Source of the DNA: Xanthomonas campestris pv. campestris str. ATCC 33913
Lineage (GTDB): Bacteria; Pseudomonadota; Gammaproteobacteria; Xanthomonadales; Xanthomonadaceae
DNA length: 32,000 nucleotides
Direction: 5' to 3'
NCBI RefSeq assembly: GCF_000007145.1
Contig: NC_003902.1
Span: 3,836,497 to 3,868,496 of the forward strand
Below the pieces are notes generated by a model. It was given only the letters and a program-made list of their open reading frames with translations, was not told the origin of the DNA and made no database searches. A program made the position numbers and the translations under genes. This document shows, in pieces, positions 28,791 to 32,000 of the stretch; within the stretch, counting starts at the first letter, position 1, and the number at the start of each line of letters is the position of its first letter.

Positions 28791-29948
28791 GTGCCCGACC
28801 TGATCCCGCCGCCGCTCGCGCTGTACGTGCACCTGCCCTGGTGCGTGCGCAAATGCCCGTACTGCGATTTCAATTCGCATGCGGCCAAGGGCGCGCCGCC
28901 GTTCGACGACTACGTGGATGCGCTGATCCGCGACCTGGATGCGGACCTGCCGCTGGTGTGGGGCCGCGTGGTGCACTCGGTGTTCTTTGGCGGCGGCACG
29001 CCCAGCCTGTTTCCGCCCGAAGCGATCGATCGCTTCCTGCAGGCCGCCGCCGCGCGCCTGCGCTTTGCGCCCAATCTGGAAATCACCCTGGAAACCAATC
29101 CCGGGACCGCCGAGCACGGGCGTTTCGACGGGTACCGTGCGGCCGGGGTCAACCGGTTGAGCTTCGGCGTGCAGAGTTTCGACGACGCCGCCTTGCAGCG
29201 CCTGGGGCGCATCCATGACAGCGCCGAAGCCGAGCGCGCGATCAAGCTGGCGCAGGACGCCGGCTACGACAACTTCAACATCGACCTGATGTACGCGCTG
29301 CCCGAGCAGACGCTGGCGCAGGCCGAGCACGATCTGGAACGCGCCTTCGCCCTGCAACCTACGCACCTGTCGCATTACCAGCTCACGCTGGAACCCAACA
29401 CGGTGTTCTTCGCGCGCCCGCCGCAAGGCATTCCCGACGACGACGACGCCTGGGACATGCAGGAGCACTGCCAGCGCCTGCTCGCTGCGGCCGGCTATGC
29501 GCAGTACGAAGTCAGCGCCTACGCCCGGCCCGGGCGGCAGTGCGCGCACAACCTCAATTACTGGCGGTTTGGCGACTATCTGGGCATTGGTGCCGGCGCG
29601 CACGGCAAGATCAGTTCCGGTGCCGAGCAACAGGTGTTGCGGCGCTGGAAGCACAAGCATCCGCAGAGTTATCTGGCCAGTGCCGGCAGCGCGGCAGCGA
29701 TCGGCGGCGATGAGCACGTGCCTGCCGCGCGGCTGCCGTTCGAATACATGCTCAACCTGCTGCGCTTGCATGAAGGCTTCCGGCTGAGCGATTTCGAAGC
29801 CTGCACCGGTCTGCCGGCGCAGGTGCTGCAGGCACCGCTGGCACGCGCAATGGCGCAGGGCTGGCTGGTCGAACAGCATGGCCGCATCGTGCCGACCGAG
29901 CTGGGCCGGCGCTTCACCAACGACGTGGTGGAGCTGTTCCTGCCCTGA
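28791..29948 (+). CDS. hemW: Radical SAM heme chaperone HemW (formerly HemN-like)
   Basis: 385 aa with a GTG start. The CxxxCxxC cluster is present (LPWCVRKCPYCDFNS). The protein is colinear with E. coli HemW/YggW and follows rdgB, as in E. coli. Confidence 0.9.
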   Translation: MPDLIPPPLALYVHLPWCVRKCPYCDFNSHAAKGAPPFDDYVDALIRDLDADLPLVWGRVVHSVFFGGGTPSLFPPEAIDRFLQAAAARLRFAPNLEITLETNPGTAEHGRFDGYRAAGVNRLSFGVQSFDDAALQRLGRIHDSAEAERAIKLAQDAGYDNFNIDLMYALPEQTLAQAEHDLERAFALQPTHLSHYQLTLEPNTVFFARPPQGIPDDDDAWDMQEHCQRLLAAAGYAQYEVSAYARPGRQCAHNLNYWRFGDYLGIGAGAHGKISSGAEQQVLRRWKHKHPQSYLASAGSAAAIGGDEHVPAARLPFEYMLNLLRLHEGFRLSDFEACTGLPAQVLQAPLARAMAQGWLVEQHGRIVPTELGRRFTNDVVELFLP

Positions 29949-30015
29949 GCCGGACGCGGGCGGCCGCTGGCGAAACGTGCTACATAGCTCACGCTTCGAA
30001 ACGAGCCCTGCACGG

Positions 30016-32000
30016 ATGTCCACGCCCGCTTCTTCCCTGCCGCACGCCCTCACCGGCCCGATTGCCGACGCCGCGGTGTCTGCGCGTGGCCGCCGCCTGC
30101 TGGCCACCGTGCATGCGCAATGCGCGCAAACCCTGGGCGGCCCGCTGCGACTGACCATTGTCGAGCTGGAGCGCGAACTGCTGCACCAGGCCGAATTCGC
30201 CCGTAACAGCCAGCAGCAGGCCGAGGCGTATGCGCAGATGCGCGGGTTGCGCGAGCACGTGGAGCGGTTTCCGCAGGCGTTCCTGCACCACCTGGCGCAG
30301 GCGCTGGCCGAACTGCGCGCGCCCAAGGCCGCTGCGCCATCGGCCGACGCGCCTACGCATCCGCAGATGTTGACGCTGGTGGAAGACACCGACATCGATC
30401 GCGACATCGTGCTCAACGACATCGCGCGCCGCGAAACCGCGCGACGTGCCGGTGTGTTGCAGTTGCTGGCGCAGCGCTTGGCGGTGGTCGGCGCGGTGCC
30501 CGAATTCGAACTGGAAGCCGTGCCGCTAGGCCCCTGGGCGTTGTGCCGGGTGTTGCGCCAGTGCGGTGAGACGCTGGGCCTGAGCCTGGACGGCCAGCTC
30601 ACGTTGTATCGCGTGTTCGAACGCCAGGTGATCGAGCGCCTGGGCGATCTGTTCGAGCGCATCAACGCCACGCTGGCCCACGAAGGCATCCTGCCGGGGC
30701 TGATCTATCACCCCTATCTGGTCAAGCCAACGCAGGTGCAAAACCGGCGGCCTGCTCCTGCAGCGCAGGGCATGACCAAGGACGTGGGCGCGGGCGCGGG
30801 CAAGCGTGCACCGGCGTCACGGCCAGCCACCGGGTGGAGCGGCCAGGCCGCGCCGACCGCCTGGCAGAGCGCCTTGATTGAACCGTCCGCAGCGCCGTCG
30901 CCGGCATCGACTGCAGCGCAGGATCAAGCGACCCCACCGGCGCTGGCCGATGCGGCGCAGGCGCTCGGCGGGCTGATGTCGTCCGCGCGCCAGGGCCAGG
31001 CGGGTGCAGCGCAGGCAGGCAATAGGCAAACGCCCTCGTCGTCGCTCGCGCAGCCAGGCGCCATGACCGCCGCAGCGGCGGCCGCCGGACACTCCGCCAG
31101 CGCGCAGCCGCCTGCTACCGCCGTGCCCAAGGCCGCGCTCAACGCGGCACTGGCCAGCCTGCAAGGCGCCATGGCTGCGCCTGCCGCCGCGTCGACCGCT
31201 GCACCGGCCGGCATCGAGGCAATCCAGCGCCAGCTGTTGGACGTACTGCGTACCCAGCACGGGCCGCAGGCTGCGCTGTCGGCGCAGGAGACCGACACCT
31301 TCGACCTGCTCGGCCTGCTCTACGCGCAGATGCAGCGCGAGGTGCGTGAGCAGACCCCGGCGCAGGCGTTGTTGGCCAAGTTGCAGGTACCGGTCGTGCG
31401 CGCCGCGTTGGCCGATGCGCATTTCTTCGTGCGCGACCAGCACCCGGTGCGCGAGTTGCTCAACACCGTGGCCGAGTCCGGCGCCGTGTGGCTGGGCGAA
31501 GATGACGTCGACCCGCAGCTACTGCAGAAGCTGGCCACCGCGGTCGACAGCATCGTGCATACCTACCAGGGCGATGAAGCGGTGTTCGCCGCCGCCAACG
31601 AGGACATCCAGAGCCATCTGCGCACGCTGGCTCGCAAGGCCGAGGTGGCCGAGCGGCGCCATGTGGACGCCGCACGCGGCAAGGAACGGCTGGAATCGGC
31701 CAAGCAGCAAGCGCAGGCGCGTATCGAACAGGTCTGCGAGGACGCGGCGCCGCCTCCGCGCTTTGTGCAATCGCTACTGCGCCAGGCCTGGTCGGATGTG
31801 CTCACGCTCACCCTGCTGCGCCAGGGCGAACAGTCGCCGGAATGGGACGAGCGCCAGGCGCTGACCGCCCGGATCGCCGAGGTCACCTGCCGCACCAAGG
31901 ATCACCCCACCGATACCGCGCTGGGCAGTGAGGTGGAAGCCGCGCTGTTGCAGGTGGGCTACCACGGCGATGAAGCGGCGGCGATTGCGCGCCGCCTTTC
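30016..32000 (+). CDS. Large uncharacterised protein, DUF1631-like (first 661 codons; continues past the right edge)
   Basis: I read the frame from the ATG at 30016 codon by codon to position 32000 and found no stop. It is absent from the ORF track because it runs off the window. Structured N- and C-proximal regions include the HPVRELLN-type motif that I associate with DUF1631. They flank an Ala/Pro/Gln-rich low-complexity segment (about 30720-31210). Confidence 0.8.
   Translation, partial: MSTPASSLPHALTGPIADAAVSARGRRLLATVHAQCAQTLGGPLRLTIVELERELLHQAEFARNSQQQAEAYAQMRGLREHVERFPQAFLHHLAQALAELRAPKAAAPSADAPTHPQMLTLVEDTDIDRDIVLNDIARRETARRAGVLQLLAQRLAVVGAVPEFELEAVPLGPWALCRVLRQCGETLGLSLDGQLTLYRVFERQVIERLGDLFERINATLAHEGILPGLIYHPYLVKPTQVQNRRPAPAAQGMTKDVGAGAGKRAPASRPATGWSGQAAPTAWQSALIEPSAAPSPASTAAQDQATPPALADAAQALGGLMSSARQGQAGAAQAGNRQTPSSSLAQPGAMTAAAAAAGHSASAQPPATAVPKAALNAALASLQGAMAAPAAASTAAPAGIEAIQRQLLDVLRTQHGPQAALSAQETDTFDLLGLLYAQMQREVREQTPAQALLAKLQVPVVRAALADAHFFVRDQHPVRELLNTVAESGAVWLGEDDVDPQLLQKLATAVDSIVHTYQGDEAVFAAANEDIQSHLRTLARKAEVAERRHVDAARGKERLESAKQQAQARIEQVCEDAAPPPRFVQSLLRQAWSDVLTLTLLRQGEQSPEWDERQALTARIAEVTCRTKDHPTDTALGSEVEAALLQVGYHGDEAAAIARRL

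Noticed and set aside
28605-30689. 694-aa minus-strand ORF opposite rdgB, hemW and the DUF1631 gene
   Set aside because: It crosses two intergenic regions and is antisense to three genes with clear homology or coding signal. The translation is Arg/Ala/Ser-rich with no motifs. It is an artefact.
31346-31864. 172-aa plus-strand ORF inside the DUF1631 region
   Set aside because: It is in a different frame from the uninterrupted 30016..32000 reading frame. Its translation is Arg/Cys/Ser/Pro-rich. It is spurious.

Overview
This is a GC-rich chromosomal segment (roughly two-thirds G+C by eye). Gene order and protein sequences look like Xanthomonas or a close Xanthomonadaceae relative; that call is made from memory, with no database search. 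Nearly all of it is densely packed core genome.

Gene content, left to right:
- The type IV pilus operon pilMNOPQ on the minus strand (pilQ truncated by the window edge), divergent from the PBP1A gene ponA/mrcA.
- A conserved hypothetical gene, gltA, a Cys-less L31 gene (rpmE2), a nucleoside hydrolase, then recG and ridA.
- A complete D-glucarate/galactarate catabolic locus: garD, an OprD-family porin, gudD, a GudP/GarP-type MFS permease, 2,5-dioxovalerate dehydrogenase, kdgD and a divergent LysR regulator.
- spoT, rpoZ, gmk, yicC, rph, a small VOC/glyoxalase-fold gene, rdgB, hemW, and the 5' two-thirds of a large DUF1631-type gene.

I found no tRNA, rRNA, CRISPR array, integrase, transposase or recognisable defence genes, and no convincing novel multi-gene system.

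What the gene calls do not explain:
1. Two inverted copies of a ~140-bp, whole-length palindromic MITE-like element. Each is flanked by TAA direct repeats and sits exactly on a gene's TAA stop codon (ponA and the LysR gene).
2. Two REP-like inverted arrays of GGGAAT/GGGGATT heptamers filling intergenic gaps.
3. The ~9.8-kb sugar-diacid locus sits inside the otherwise colinear gmk-rpoZ-spoT / ridA-recG array, with one MITE copy at its border.
4. An intrinsic terminator lies between rpoZ and spoT.
5. Several uncharacterised or oddly built proteins: a PilN with a Pro/Ala-rich tail, a hypothetical protein with a degenerate nucleotidyltransferase-like motif, the VOC gene wedged between rph and rdgB, and the DUF1631 protein.

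Many long ORFs in the track are antisense or off-frame artefacts of high GC content, and I rejected them.
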